Below are positions 40,270 through 51,047 of a stretch of 64,000 bases of DNA, in pieces (position 1 is the first letter of the stretch; every line of letters begins with the position of its first letter). Position numbers and translations under genes: made by a program. The notes under the pieces are model-generated. The model had not been told where the DNA came from. It saw only the letters and a list, made by a program, of their open reading frames with translations, and ran no database searches. Source of the stretch: a virus (lineage: Duplodnaviria; Caudoviricetes); IMG/VR virus record IMGVR_UViG_3300028797_000101, positions 32,001 to 96,000 of that record. One strand, 5' to 3'.

Positions 40270-42195
40270 ATGACAGAGCTTGAAACTAAGATCAAGAACG
40301 CAGCTCAAAAATACTATGAAGATGGGTCCTCTGATCTGACAGATGCAGAATTTGATGAACTTGTAGATCAGCTCAAGAAAGAGAATCCAGACTCACCTCT
40401 GCTCCATACACCAGGATGGGGCTACTCCGTGTCAGATGATTCTACAGCCGGAAAAAGAGTTAAACACAAGTATGGAATTGTCGGATCTTTAGACAAAGTA
40501 CACTCCTTAGAGGAAGCTACAAAATTGTCTAGTTTGAAGCGTGGAAGTACATTGTTCTGCGACGCATCCCTGAAGCTAGATGGTCTAAGTGTAGTCCTCT
40601 ATTTTAACTATGGCCGGTTCTATCAAGCGTTAACACGCGGTGAAAACGGGCTAGGTATTGACATCACGAACAAGATCTTGAAGATTTATCAAGACAAGGG
40701 TCTAGATGACATTGATCTCAAAGGCCCTCTGTTCCAAGCTACTTGCGCTATTCGAGGAGAAATTCTCATGTATCAAAGATCATTCGATCAATACAAGCGC
40801 GTGCATCCGGAAGCTAAGAATCCTAGAAACTCTGCTGCAGGTATCATAAATGGAAAGAATACTGATGACGACCTCAAGTATCTAGATGTTGTAGTTTATA
40901 CAATCATCGGAGGTACTCCAAACTTCGGTCAATTGACAATAGGAGACGTCCGCAACATACTGTCAAATGGAACATGTTTTTCAGTAGTCCCATACATGAA
41001 CCTAGAGCTGTCGAATGTAGACGAATCGGAATTCGTTTCTTCTATGTACGAACTACGAGATAAGTGGTACAACTTGTGCCCTGCAGATGGAATAGTTCTA
41101 ACAGCTCCAGAACTTAGATATGTAGAAAATGATGCAGCTGTTCTGTACGACGCTGTAGCGTTCAAATTCAAATCCGAAGAAAAGAAAGCAATCGTTGATC
41201 ACGTAGACTGGACTATGAGCAAGACACATTATGCAGTGCCCGTAGTGCACATCCAACCTGTAGAGCTTGCAGGTACTACTGTGAGAAAATGCACAGGCTT
41301 CAACGCACAGTTTATCGTCAACAATAACATTGGAAAAGGCAGCGAAGTACTTGTAGAGAAGAGGGGAGAAATCATTCCCGTCATAAATGAAGTAGTTAAA
41401 TCTACTTCCGCTGACATGATTACCTCTTGCCCTACTTGCGGAAGCACACTTGAATGGTCTGGTGTGCACTTAGTATGTAACAATCCTTGCTGCGGAAACG
41501 CAAAACTACAAGACTTGATTGTTTGGATAGACAATATTGCGCCTGTTGATGGATTGGGCGATTCTTTAAGAATCAAGTATTTATCCGATATGTTTAAGGA
41601 CTTGTCGGTGGAAACTGTTATGGATTATAAGAAGCAAGCTACGCTAATGTATGCACCGGGTGGACACATGGCGCTCGTGGCTGAGATGTTTAATAAACTC
41701 TATAACTTTGATAAATCTACCATATCTCTTCCAAAGGCTCTTCTCGCCTTAAATATTCCGAGAGTAGGTGGACTTACAGCTATCAAGATTGCAGAAGCAG
41801 CTTCTGAAGAAATCGCGCAGTGTTTGGTGTGTTCCATAAGTTTTGGTGATTTGTGCGAAAAGATATCCAAAGTAACAGGTCCCGCAACAGCTCTTTCTGT
41901 TTGTCAGAACCGAGAGAAGTTCTTTAGACTTCATTACATTTCGGATAGAATCACCTGGACGCAAAACACTGCTACTGTAAAAGGCAAAGTAGCTATAACA
42001 GGAAAGCTCAGTGTAAGACGTGCAGACTTTGAGGAACAGCTCAAAGGTGCTGGATTTTATGTAGGAAACATCACAAAAGATACTAACTATCTCATTACCG
42101 ATGATCCTACATCGTCATCTGAAAAGAACAAGAAAGCTGACCAGTGGGGCATCGTTAAACTAACAGAAGAAGAGTTCAGATCAAAATTCCTATAG
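40270..42195 (+). CDS. ligA: NAD-dependent DNA ligase
   Basis: KLDG, TRG..G.DIT, RGE, NPRN..AG, DGIV, Zn finger and BRCT motifs. Confidence 0.95.
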   Translation: MTELETKIKNAAQKYYEDGSSDLTDAEFDELVDQLKKENPDSPLLHTPGWGYSVSDDSTAGKRVKHKYGIVGSLDKVHSLEEATKLSSLKRGSTLFCDASLKLDGLSVVLYFNYGRFYQALTRGENGLGIDITNKILKIYQDKGLDDIDLKGPLFQATCAIRGEILMYQRSFDQYKRVHPEAKNPRNSAAGIINGKNTDDDLKYLDVVVYTIIGGTPNFGQLTIGDVRNILSNGTCFSVVPYMNLELSNVDESEFVSSMYELRDKWYNLCPADGIVLTAPELRYVENDAAVLYDAVAFKFKSEEKKAIVDHVDWTMSKTHYAVPVVHIQPVELAGTTVRKCTGFNAQFIVNNNIGKGSEVLVEKRGEIIPVINEVVKSTSADMITSCPTCGSTLEWSGVHLVCNNPCCGNAKLQDLIVWIDNIAPVDGLGDSLRIKYLSDMFKDLSVETVMDYKKQATLMYAPGGHMALVAEMFNKLYNFDKSTISLPKALLALNIPRVGGLTAIKIAEAASEEIAQCLVCSISFGDLCEKISKVTGPATALSVCQNREKFFRLHYISDRITWTQNTATVKGKVAITGKLSVRRADFEEQLKGAGFYVGNITKDTNYLITDDPTSSSEKNKKADQWGIVKLTEEEFRSKFL

Positions 42196-42198
42196 GAG

Positions 42199-42684
42199 GT
42201 GAACACAATGACTACGCAGAATCTTACACCGGCACAGAAGAAGGTCAAGAGACCTAGGCCGGTACGATATGATGGACCCAACAAGAATCTGAATGATTTT
42301 GTTGCTCGAGACATCATTACACTCTATCTTACATGCGGATTAGGATACAGTCCAATTCGTCATATTCTGGGTCTGGAGACTGACAAGAAGATTGAAGATG
42401 TAGTTCGTCAGCACATGCTTGGCAGAACTAAAGCAAATGGAGCAGAGGGCGAGCTTTACTGCCCGCCGCAGAAGAACCTGACTCAGCTTTCTCGAAGCAT
42501 TATCAATCAGCTGACTGTCATGTATGAAACATACTCAGATCCATACATCATTGAAATGTTAGATAAAGGTGTATGGAAAGACGATCCAGTTTACAACAGC
42601 ATCAAGTGTGTTTGCGGCGCAGACTTAGATCCTTCCTGGAAGCTCTGTCCGTTCTGCGGAGATACTAGCAAGCTTCACAAGTAA
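42199..42684 (+). CDS. Hypothetical protein with C-terminal Zn ribbon
   Basis: CVCG..CPFCG motif. Confidence 0.6.
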   Translation: MNTMTTQNLTPAQKKVKRPRPVRYDGPNKNLNDFVARDIITLYLTCGLGYSPIRHILGLETDKKIEDVVRQHMLGRTKANGAEGELYCPPQKNLTQLSRSIINQLTVMYETYSDPYIIEMLDKGVWKDDPVYNSIKCVCGADLDPSWKLCPFCGDTSKLHK

Positions 42685-42693
42685 GATCAAAAG

Positions 42694-42743
42694 ACCTCCT
42701 ATGAACCTTGTATACAGATGATACAAGAAGCATAGGAGGTTTT
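42694..42743 (+). promoter_or_regulatory. SD-sequestering hairpin containing a late-type promoter motif
   Basis: ACCTCCTATG/CATAGGAGGT and CTTGTAT/ATACAAG stems; AACCTTGTATA at 42704. Confidence 0.65.
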
Positions 42744-42745
42744 CT

Positions 42746-42985
42746 ATGGACACTATCCAAATCACATATGTAGATAACGACGGTGCTACACGTTCATTGC
42801 ATCCAGGAGCTCACATAAAACTAGGAAGATTTGAATCTGATGAATGGGTTCTTGCTTTCGGTTGGTATTCCTGGGGTGGAAATCGTCCGGTTTGCGGATG
42901 GTACATGGTTGATGTTAAAAATCCTTCCAATGTAAGACCTCTTCAATTACCCGATCTTGATGATATCTATTATGTAGAACAATAG
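42746..42985 (+). CDS. Small virion-type protein (GWYS-GWY motif)
   Basis: Shares W..GWYS..GWY with the N-terminus of the next ORF. Confidence 0.55.
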   Translation: MDTIQITYVDNDGATRSLHPGAHIKLGRFESDEWVLAFGWYSWGGNRPVCGWYMVDVKNPSNVRPLQLPDLDDIYYVEQ

Positions 42986-42998
42986 GAGGTATTAAACT

Positions 42999-43724
42999 GT
43001 GACTAATGATATGATACAAGTGCCTGGTACGTCTACTTATCTTACAGACGGAAGTGTTGTTATGTTTCCGGATGGTTCGGAAACAAAGTGGTTGGTGAAA
43101 TACGGGTGGTACAGCTATTTAGGAACTACTGTGTTTGGTTGGTACTACAGGTCAATCTCTGCAGGAGTTGTTGAGCCGCTCACAGCGGCAAGCCTGAGTG
43201 ATATCATTATCATTTCCGGAGCGTTTGTTCCTGATTGTCCATGTCCTCCGCCACCAGTTCCACCTTGTCCGCCGTATCCTCCATTTCCACCCGGACCTGA
43301 ACCCACTCCAGAAAAACCTGCATTCATATCTGAAGAGGAAAAAGCGAGATATGATGCAGCGTTTATCACATTCGCTACAATAGAAGCAAGAGATGAGTTT
43401 ACACTCAACAATGATATTCCAGATGGTAAGATCATAAGGGTGAACAATGCAGGAGATGATGAGGTTGGATATTTCCAATGGAACAGCGATGCGCAGGAGT
43501 GGGATCCATGGGAAGCACCTTCAGTTACTTCTGTAAGTGCCGATGACAAGATATTAGGCATTGACAATAGCGGAGCACTTTATAGTACATTAGCAGCTTC
43601 TTTACAGATTGACGCAGAAGATCAAACAGCAGAGATAAACATCACTGGAAAAGATGGAGCACAAGTAACTTCTGTAGATGTAACTCCGCTGATACCTAAG
43701 TGGCGTGTTGTAACTACTGAATAA
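42999..43724 (+). CDS. Virion-type protein with Pro-rich linker
   Basis: GTG start with SD; PPPPVPPCPPYPP tract. Confidence 0.6.
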   Translation: MTNDMIQVPGTSTYLTDGSVVMFPDGSETKWLVKYGWYSYLGTTVFGWYYRSISAGVVEPLTAASLSDIIIISGAFVPDCPCPPPPVPPCPPYPPFPPGPEPTPEKPAFISEEEKARYDAAFITFATIEARDEFTLNNDIPDGKIIRVNNAGDDEVGYFQWNSDAQEWDPWEAPSVTSVSADDKILGIDNSGALYSTLAASLQIDAEDQTAEINITGKDGAQVTSVDVTPLIPKWRVVTTE

Positions 43725-43736
43725 GGAGGTTTTACA

Positions 43737-45497
43737 ATGTCTCGTGAAATATGGAACGAGGGTAGAGTAGTAGGTAGCTCTGCCTATGAAGTATATGTTA
43801 AACAGCATCTAAGTGAATATCCCGAAGTGCCTCCCGCTACAGAGCGTCAATGGTTAGCTGCTAGTCTTGCGATGGGTTCGTCCATGATACTCAAGATGCC
43901 TAATGTGACGGGAGTTACGCCACAAACACCTGTAACAGTAGATGTTGTTTTGCCCAACAACTGTAGATTAGCTGCTGCAAACACTATTGTAGCATCTTTC
44001 TTCGATGGCGAAGTAACTCTTGATAGCACAGGAAAATGGGCAACCAACGTCACCAGCTACGGTAAGTTGATCGGCAACAATGCAACAGAAAATCCTGGAG
44101 ATGCTACCTACACTACACAGAACCTTTCGTCTATCCCGCAGAATACATCCGGTTACAATGAATCCGCAATGATTACAAAACTGAAAGATTACTGCAACAT
44201 TGTAGATGGTGTAATCATACAATCCGGTACCTGGTCTGATAGCGAAGCAGCAGCTCCTGAAAAAGATCTTGCTCCTAATTTAGGGGATGGAGCTTTATTG
44301 AGATTTATTGTGAGAAATCACAACATAACTAACAGTCCGCTTATCCTTTTAACAGGTTTCACATTAAGATATGTTCTGTCAGGCGTAGCAGGGCTAGACG
44401 GCTCTACAAGCACTCCTACTCCCGGTGATGGAGATTTCTTAGGACCTAGCGTATTCCCTTGGGCAAACAAAATTATACTCACCGTTCCTAATCAATACAT
44501 ATCCTACATCGCTTCTCAAGATTATTTGAGATCTGTTCCAGCTTCTGCAGCGGCACAGCTTGTGACAGATACTCCAGTAATCGACATGAAAGCTACTAGG
44601 CCTGAAACATATTACAACGGAAGTAGTGCGCGTGTTGAGATAAATGTCGATAGATTTTCAACGATGGGCGACGGAACGCCGGTTCTTACAGTATACCAGA
44701 AATCAAGCAGCTATCCGCCTGCATTGTACGGTACATACGTCACACAAGGATTAACTAACTACTTATGTCCGCTTGACAGTGTAGCACCAGGCACTGTTAA
44801 GATGTTCCAGAATGCTTCACAATCTACGCTTATAGATTATGAGAACACGTTCGATGGGACATTTGCAGTTAATAGAAACAATGACGGAACACTTCAGACT
44901 CTAGATTCTAACAACAACATGGTTTCTGTAGCTGATTCTAAACTTGTAGATGTCAACTACACGAGCCGAGACAACGCGCATGCAAAAGCTAAAGCAGTTG
45001 TAACTTCTACCGGAACTAAGCGATCTGCTAGCGTTTCTGTAAGCGATGCATTAGGAAGCAGCGTGGATCCTACACAGTACACATTCTCCTCGGCTCCATC
45101 AAACACGATAACACCTGATAGCAACGGTAACATTACATGGGCTATGCTGTTTGAAGCAATGGCGAATGATTTAGGTGTAGATTTGCTGGAAGCTGCATTG
45201 AAAGACTTCAAGTCGCACCTTCCGGATGTTCAGTCTGGTACCAATGGCGTACTGAACATATTAGGAACAGGTCAATCGGCTATTGGAGGTGGGCTGAACT
45301 TAGGTGGAAATCTTGCAGCAGCTGGAACAGGCACACATACCTTTGCAGGTAACGTTGAATTATCAAGCACCAAGACTCTTAAAGTAGGTAAGAACTACAT
45401 TGACTTCAACGGTTTGAGATTGTATATTTCTAGTACCGCACCTACAGATACAGATGTTCCGGTAGGATCAATAGGAATAGGTTGGGGCTTCATTTAA
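43737..45497 (+). CDS. Tail fibre/spike-like structural protein
   Basis: SAYE..WLA fibre-type N-terminus; LYISSTAP..GSIGIG C-terminus. Confidence 0.6.
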   Translation: MSREIWNEGRVVGSSAYEVYVKQHLSEYPEVPPATERQWLAASLAMGSSMILKMPNVTGVTPQTPVTVDVVLPNNCRLAAANTIVASFFDGEVTLDSTGKWATNVTSYGKLIGNNATENPGDATYTTQNLSSIPQNTSGYNESAMITKLKDYCNIVDGVIIQSGTWSDSEAAAPEKDLAPNLGDGALLRFIVRNHNITNSPLILLTGFTLRYVLSGVAGLDGSTSTPTPGDGDFLGPSVFPWANKIILTVPNQYISYIASQDYLRSVPASAAAQLVTDTPVIDMKATRPETYYNGSSARVEINVDRFSTMGDGTPVLTVYQKSSSYPPALYGTYVTQGLTNYLCPLDSVAPGTVKMFQNASQSTLIDYENTFDGTFAVNRNNDGTLQTLDSNNNMVSVADSKLVDVNYTSRDNAHAKAKAVVTSTGTKRSASVSVSDALGSSVDPTQYTFSSAPSNTITPDSNGNITWAMLFEAMANDLGVDLLEAALKDFKSHLPDVQSGTNGVLNILGTGQSAIGGGLNLGGNLAAAGTGTHTFAGNVELSSTKTLKVGKNYIDFNGLRLYISSTAPTDTDVPVGSIGIGWGFI

Positions 45498-45510
45498 GGA
45501 GAGTGAATAA

Positions 45511-48261
45511 ATGGCACAATATGGCGTAACAGCACTGTATAACTCCACTTACATATCTGGTGTAGTGGGCGGCGGTCATTACAACGCAGGCGACACTGTG
45601 TATTTGACTGTGTACCCAAAACCGGGCTGCACATTCACACACTGGACAGGAGATGTTTCAGGTGGAAGCAATCCACTCATATTTACTATGCCAGAAGCAG
45701 ATGTTTATGCGTACGCTGAAGGAGAAGGAGTTCCATATGATTACACTATAACATACAATAACAACGGTGGTACTGGATCGCCCTCTCCTACGTACAAGTA
45801 TGCAGGTCAGCCAGTGAATCTATCTCTCACTAGACCCACATATACAGGCTATCAATTCATAGGTTGGGGCCTTTCTCCTAGCGATACAATTCCTACATAT
45901 CAACCTGGTGATGTTTACACAAATGATGCAAGCGTAACCTTGTACGCCTTATGGGAAGAGGAAGAAATATGCATCACATATCACAGTAATGAAGGATCCA
46001 GTTTAGTTGTGTATGATGAGAAGACTGCTGGTACGCCACTAACTATTCGAACTATTGAATCCACGAGTTGGTCTAAGTACTACACAGTTACTTTCAATGC
46101 TAACGGCGGATCTATATCACCTTCCACAAGAGAAGTGGATTGTATATTCAACGGATGGAATACAGCAAGCGATGGAACAGGTACGTACTATGAACCAGGC
46201 GATTCATATGCTACAGAAAGCTCTTTAGATCTGTATGCCATCTGGCTTCCAAATACCATTGGATTGCTTCCTACTCCTACTAGAACACATTGTCAATTTG
46301 AAGGATGGACAACTACACTTAATGGATCTACTTTCATAGATCAAAGCTATGTAGTTTCTGCAGATACTATAGTGTACGCCAAGTGGTTGTACAATGTTAT
46401 ACTTCGAGCCAACAGCGGTAAGATTGTAGATAGCAGTGGACAAGATCCTGTAGAAGTAGAAGAAGTGGTTATAAACAAAGACGTAGGAGATACTGTCAGC
46501 TTTGCAGACTACACCGCTTACAAGATTGACATTGCACAAAGTTCTGAAGTTCTCACAGGACTTGTGTTATCTGATCCTTATGACTCGTCAAGTGAGTCTG
46601 GTCAATGTCTTGCTAGCGTAGGAAATAACATCTTTGTATTCAGTAGTGCTTCTGATGATACTAAGATTCAGAAAGTTAACACAAGTGCTAGATCTGTTTC
46701 AACGCTTGTATCTCCTTCCGGAATGGTTGGCGTAGATAAATCTTCTGGATGCGCAGCTGTAGGTACTGACATCTACCTTTTAGGTTCCAAAGTAGATACA
46801 ACTCAGCTTGATTGGTCATCTTACAATGTCATTCAAAAATATAACACAACCACAGGCACAATACAAACACTTGCAGATACACTTGCAAGAATGGTTCACA
46901 AAGCTGCTTGTGTTACATGTGGTACTGACATATATATCATCGGCGGCGAGTACATGTCTCAGGCAACTACAGAAACCACAATTGCTTCTGACGTAAGTAA
47001 GACGCTTCTGAGTGAGCCATCATGGCCTTATGATTCTACAGGTCATGGCGATTCACCCGGACCGCGTGTAGTAGATCGCATCATATTAGATTTATCTGGA
47101 TATGATCTTACAGACTATGATTCGCTTGAGATTGAGTGGAAAACAGAATCCATTAGAGTCAGTGACGGCTACATGCCTCTTCATGAGTTGGAGTACTGGT
47201 CTAGTCTTGATAGTACACATACTGTATTGTTTAATGAAGTTATCTCACTTAGCCAGGTTCCTTATATATACACCGGAACCATTTCTATTGATTTGACGGG
47301 CGTTATATCTATGTCTAGTTTCACGATGCAAGGTGCTGTAGAAAGCAGATCTACTTACATGTACTACCGTGCACAGATGACTATGACGATTGAATCTGCT
47401 AAGCTGATTGGGCACACATCCACTCAAGAAATCAAAGCTCATAAAGGTATACAGAAGTACGACACTACACAAGGTACAGTCACAAATCTTTCGGTATCGC
47501 TCCCATATGACGTTACTTCTGGGAACAATGCAGCAGCACTTATTGGTGATAATATTTACATTGTAGCAGACAATCTAACAATATACAAGTTAGATACTAC
47601 AGACAATAGTTTGACCACCGTGAAATCTATAGGAACTGCAACAGATGTTGAAGTAACTTGCGGAGCTATCGGAGACGATATTTACATCTTTACAGCAGAC
47701 CACACATATAGATTTGATACTCAAAGAAATGCTATGTCTGTAGCTCATGCAGATCTTACGTATGATCCTACAGGGGCTGGATGTGCAGTAATTTTTGACT
47801 ACGCGTATCTCGTAGGTACTGCAAATGATACGGTAGACGATCATTTTGATAAATATGCAGAAATCTATCAAGCTTTCTTGAATCCTACTTCTGCTAAGAT
47901 ATGGGTAGGATGGTCAGAAGATCCTACTGCAACGGTTCCTACTTACACACAACAGTCCACTTATTCAACAGATGCGCCCATCGTGTTATACGCAGTGTAT
48001 GTAGATAATGCATATACCGTTACGTTCTACTTAGATAGTTCATTCACTACAGTACTTCAGACATACACGAATGTTCTTCCTGGAACTTCCTTGACACCTC
48101 CGCCTACTCCTACCAAACCTGGATATGCTTTCCAAGGATGGAGTACAAATGCTTATTTGAACGTAACACAAGACTTAAATGTATTCGGTATGTGGGGAAT
48201 GGCTTATGTGTGGTTCTACGCAAGTGGCCAGGGCTGGATACCTTATGAACCAGAGGAGTAA
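45511..48261 (+). CDS. Adhesin-like protein with Listeria-Bacteroides (InlB-B) repeats and a Kelch-like propeller
   Basis: Repeated F.GW..LYA.W units; AAVGTDIYLLG, CGTDIYIIGG, IGDNIYI and IGDDIYIF blades. Confidence 0.75.
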   Translation: MAQYGVTALYNSTYISGVVGGGHYNAGDTVYLTVYPKPGCTFTHWTGDVSGGSNPLIFTMPEADVYAYAEGEGVPYDYTITYNNNGGTGSPSPTYKYAGQPVNLSLTRPTYTGYQFIGWGLSPSDTIPTYQPGDVYTNDASVTLYALWEEEEICITYHSNEGSSLVVYDEKTAGTPLTIRTIESTSWSKYYTVTFNANGGSISPSTREVDCIFNGWNTASDGTGTYYEPGDSYATESSLDLYAIWLPNTIGLLPTPTRTHCQFEGWTTTLNGSTFIDQSYVVSADTIVYAKWLYNVILRANSGKIVDSSGQDPVEVEEVVINKDVGDTVSFADYTAYKIDIAQSSEVLTGLVLSDPYDSSSESGQCLASVGNNIFVFSSASDDTKIQKVNTSARSVSTLVSPSGMVGVDKSSGCAAVGTDIYLLGSKVDTTQLDWSSYNVIQKYNTTTGTIQTLADTLARMVHKAACVTCGTDIYIIGGEYMSQATTETTIASDVSKTLLSEPSWPYDSTGHGDSPGPRVVDRIILDLSGYDLTDYDSLEIEWKTESIRVSDGYMPLHELEYWSSLDSTHTVLFNEVISLSQVPYIYTGTISIDLTGVISMSSFTMQGAVESRSTYMYYRAQMTMTIESAKLIGHTSTQEIKAHKGIQKYDTTQGTVTNLSVSLPYDVTSGNNAAALIGDNIYIVADNLTIYKLDTTDNSLTTVKSIGTATDVEVTCGAIGDDIYIFTADHTYRFDTQRNAMSVAHADLTYDPTGAGCAVIFDYAYLVGTANDTVDDHFDKYAEIYQAFLNPTSAKIWVGWSEDPTATVPTYTQQSTYSTDAPIVLYAVYVDNAYTVTFYLDSSFTTVLQTYTNVLPGTSLTPPPTPTKPGYAFQGWSTNAYLNVTQDLNVFGMWGMAYVWFYASGQGWIPYEPEE

Positions 48262-48266
48262 AGATT

Positions 48267-49064
48267 ATGGGTTGGATAATGTCTACTAGAGATCCTAGCA
48301 AGAAAAGAATATACAACTTCTACAAAGGATCGAATTCTTATGTACTGTATACAGATGAGGGAGGTCCGGATAACACTCGGGACTCTTGGAGCTGGCAGGA
48401 CAAGGGTCTTTGGGAAGCTAGAGACGAATGTATACTATATTACAATGACGAGGGCAAAGCTAAGGTCATCAACACAGCAACACTTGGCACATTGTCATGT
48501 AATTCTGGCGGGTCTAGGTTCTGGTCGTCTACTGGTATGATAGGCCCTGCATATGGTCAAGGTGGAACCTATGTGTCCTGGGCACATGTATATCATCTGA
48601 GTGCAGCTGGTCAGACGTTTGATCAATCACAACTTCAGACAATTTTAGCTGCATGTGAACAAGCTGGTGCAGTAGAAGCTTCTAATGTGGGTGCAACAGT
48701 AAACATAGCTGATCAACCGCCTAACATGATATCTCCGGGATCGTCTACTAACAGTACTGCATTGTTTGGCCTTAATCGTATACCAGGAGAATTCGTTCGA
48801 ACAACTTACACCGTTCCAGATTGCCCTATCATTTATCCTGGAGACATCTGTTTCTTGCACATAAGGATTGTTTCGTTTTCATCTGCAAGCTATACAGTAG
48901 TTCTTTTCAATTTAGCTGCGGATGATGTTCCGGTAGAGGATGCAGCTAAGAAGTATATCTGGCAATATCAATCAGATCATAGATGGCATCTCGTTAGACC
49001 ATACATGATAAAGGCAAGCACAGGTTGGATGAATGTAGAAGATGTTCACCACTGGCCTATCTAG
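48267..49064 (+). CDS. Structural/hypothetical protein
   Basis: ORF with SD in the fibre cluster. Confidence 0.55.
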   Translation: MGWIMSTRDPSKKRIYNFYKGSNSYVLYTDEGGPDNTRDSWSWQDKGLWEARDECILYYNDEGKAKVINTATLGTLSCNSGGSRFWSSTGMIGPAYGQGGTYVSWAHVYHLSAAGQTFDQSQLQTILAACEQAGAVEASNVGATVNIADQPPNMISPGSSTNSTALFGLNRIPGEFVRTTYTVPDCPIIYPGDICFLHIRIVSFSSASYTVVLFNLAADDVPVEDAAKKYIWQYQSDHRWHLVRPYMIKASTGWMNVEDVHHWPI

Positions 49065-49079
49065 TACAAAGGAGTAAAC

Positions 49080-49502
49080 ATGATAATAAATTCAGCAAAA
49101 TCAACTTCAAAAACAAAGAATTTGCAGCCAAATCAAATCATTCCAAAAGTTGCAAAATATCTTTATAAATCTATCGACAGTGCATATGATTTGAAAACTT
49201 CTGTTAACACAGCAGATGTTTTCATTTCAGTGTTGTATCAGCTTCCAGTTTACATCGGTGTTAGCAAAACCAGATCCTACGATTCAGATGTCAATGAAAT
49301 GAAGCTTAACATCAATCTTACAACCTATGCAAAGAAGATAAGGATGAATATCATAGAGATCAGCCCAGAAGAGAAGACACTCGGTTTTGATACTTTCAAT
49401 CCAGAAGACTTAGAAGATGTTGTAGAAGCTAGAAAGAAGATCATGAATAAAATAAAGAAGCGTATATCTAAAGAATTTGCGGATTACGAATTTATATTCT
49501 AA
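49080..49502 (+). CDS. Hypothetical protein, MIINSAK leader
   Basis: AAGGAG SD. Confidence 0.6.
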   Translation: MIINSAKSTSKTKNLQPNQIIPKVAKYLYKSIDSAYDLKTSVNTADVFISVLYQLPVYIGVSKTRSYDSDVNEMKLNINLTTYAKKIRMNIIEISPEEKTLGFDTFNPEDLEDVVEARKKIMNKIKKRISKEFADYEFIF

Positions 49503-49581
49503 ATTCGTTATTGAACGTATGATCTACCTATTTTGAACCTTATTTACAATTGAAAAACCTTAACACATGGAGGTTATAGAA

Positions 49582-50109
49582 ATGAAGAGATTGATAGTTG
49601 CATCTGTTTCAACAAATGATGATTCTATCAGTAAAGAAGTACTTAGAATCAGATCTGAATTAGATTCTACAGGCGAATCAAGCACCTGTTCAAAAGATGT
49701 AGCAGATATGTACAGAGCTAACAAGAATCTTTTTCGGAAGTTCGAGGTTACTGATCAGCCGGATGGCTGCTACTTAATACGCGTTACTGCTTCCACAGAT
49801 CCTAACGATGAAATTTTCATGCTTATGGAGTATGATCCCGGAAGTCCTGAGGATGGAATGGACGCAGACGACTTCTACTGTATCGGCAAATTCTTTGCAA
49901 GAAGCTTGCAAGATGCAAAAGATCGTCTCGCATCACTAGAATATGATCTTCAGTTTGCTTCAGGTGATTTCTACGTAGACGAATACAATGAAGCGTTTGA
50001 TGACGATGATGAAGTATACAGCAGCTTAGATGCGCTGATCCAGGACAAGTTTGATTTCGAACACATTGGAATGGATTCTGCAGATGACGACACTTTACCA
50101 TTTGAATAA
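49582..50109 (+). CDS. Acidic two-module protein, MKRLIVAS leader
   Basis: Late-type motif at 49536; internal VTAS motif. Confidence 0.6.
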   Translation: MKRLIVASVSTNDDSISKEVLRIRSELDSTGESSTCSKDVADMYRANKNLFRKFEVTDQPDGCYLIRVTASTDPNDEIFMLMEYDPGSPEDGMDADDFYCIGKFFARSLQDAKDRLASLEYDLQFASGDFYVDEYNEAFDDDDEVYSSLDALIQDKFDFEHIGMDSADDDTLPFE

Positions 50110-50138
50110 GACGTTCATCTCAACGATAACAAAGGAGT

Positions 50139-50480
50139 ATGAAGAACATGAAGGTAGATAGTTACGAAGATTGGCGTGAAGACGATGATATTATCCTGGA
50201 TGTCGTTTTTGACATCGAGAACGATGTATTATCAGAAAGAGGTCTGTTCTTAGACACTTCTGCTGTTAGAGGAGACACAGGACCTGTATTCCTGGGAGAA
50301 GATAACGGTACAGACATGATAGATGATCCTGCTGAAGCGTTCTATACTGCAGAGATCAGAGAATACGAAGATATGGAACGCAACATGTACGAACAGGCTT
50401 GCGATGAAGATGGGTTCTTCGATGCACAGAAATATCGAAACCTGTTTGCACAGTGGATAGATAGTGTAGTGGAACAATGA
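50139..50480 (+). CDS. Acidic hypothetical protein
   Basis: ORF with SD. Confidence 0.6.
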   Translation: MKNMKVDSYEDWREDDDIILDVVFDIENDVLSERGLFLDTSAVRGDTGPVFLGEDNGTDMIDDPAEAFYTAEIREYEDMERNMYEQACDEDGFFDAQKYRNLFAQWIDSVVEQ

Positions 50481-50537
50481 CATTTCGTTTAATATTGTGA
50501 AACTGTAGATTCACTGTAGTTGATCGAGGATGTAGAA

Positions 50538-51029
50538 ATGAAACGACATATCATGGCAGAAGAAGATTGGGAGCCCAACGATAACGACGAACTGAACAGC
50601 CTGAAAGAGCTCATGCAGGATAACATATCGAAACAAGATGATATCCAAGTAGGTATCTTCTGGTATGATCCTGAAGAAGCCGAGCTATTCGGTGTAGTAA
50701 CCGCCGATATAGAGGATGTGCAATTCTACAAGTCGAATCTATTCAATACCGAAGTAAAGACCTGCAGGCCGCTGCATTACAAAGTATGGGAGAGAAACTT
50801 CGTCAAAGGTAAGGATAAAAGGTTCCAGGGTGACTATACACTAGTTCCTAGAGGTCGTGTATTTTATGTCAAGAACAAAGGCCCAGTAGTTATCGTAGGC
50901 GATTGGATTGACGAATATCCCTCTGCAAAAGAGCAGATACTCTTAGAATTCAATCTACCACAATCAACAGAGTTCAGGAAAGACGTCCATTGGAATATTG
51001 GACATGAATGGTCAGATAAATTTATGTAA
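50538..51029 (+). CDS. Hypothetical protein, MKRHIMAEE leader
   Basis: VGIFWY, H..W, PRGRV and HW motif-like residues. Confidence 0.6.
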   Translation: MKRHIMAEEDWEPNDNDELNSLKELMQDNISKQDDIQVGIFWYDPEEAELFGVVTADIEDVQFYKSNLFNTEVKTCRPLHYKVWERNFVKGKDKRFQGDYTLVPRGRVFYVKNKGPVVIVGDWIDEYPSAKEQILLEFNLPQSTEFRKDVHWNIGHEWSDKFM

Positions 51030-51047
51030 TTCCGGAGGGATCAACAC

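Noticed and set aside
45511-49064. Diversity-generating retroelement acting on fibre genes
   Set aside because: No reverse transcriptase and no template/variable repeat pair were seen in the window.
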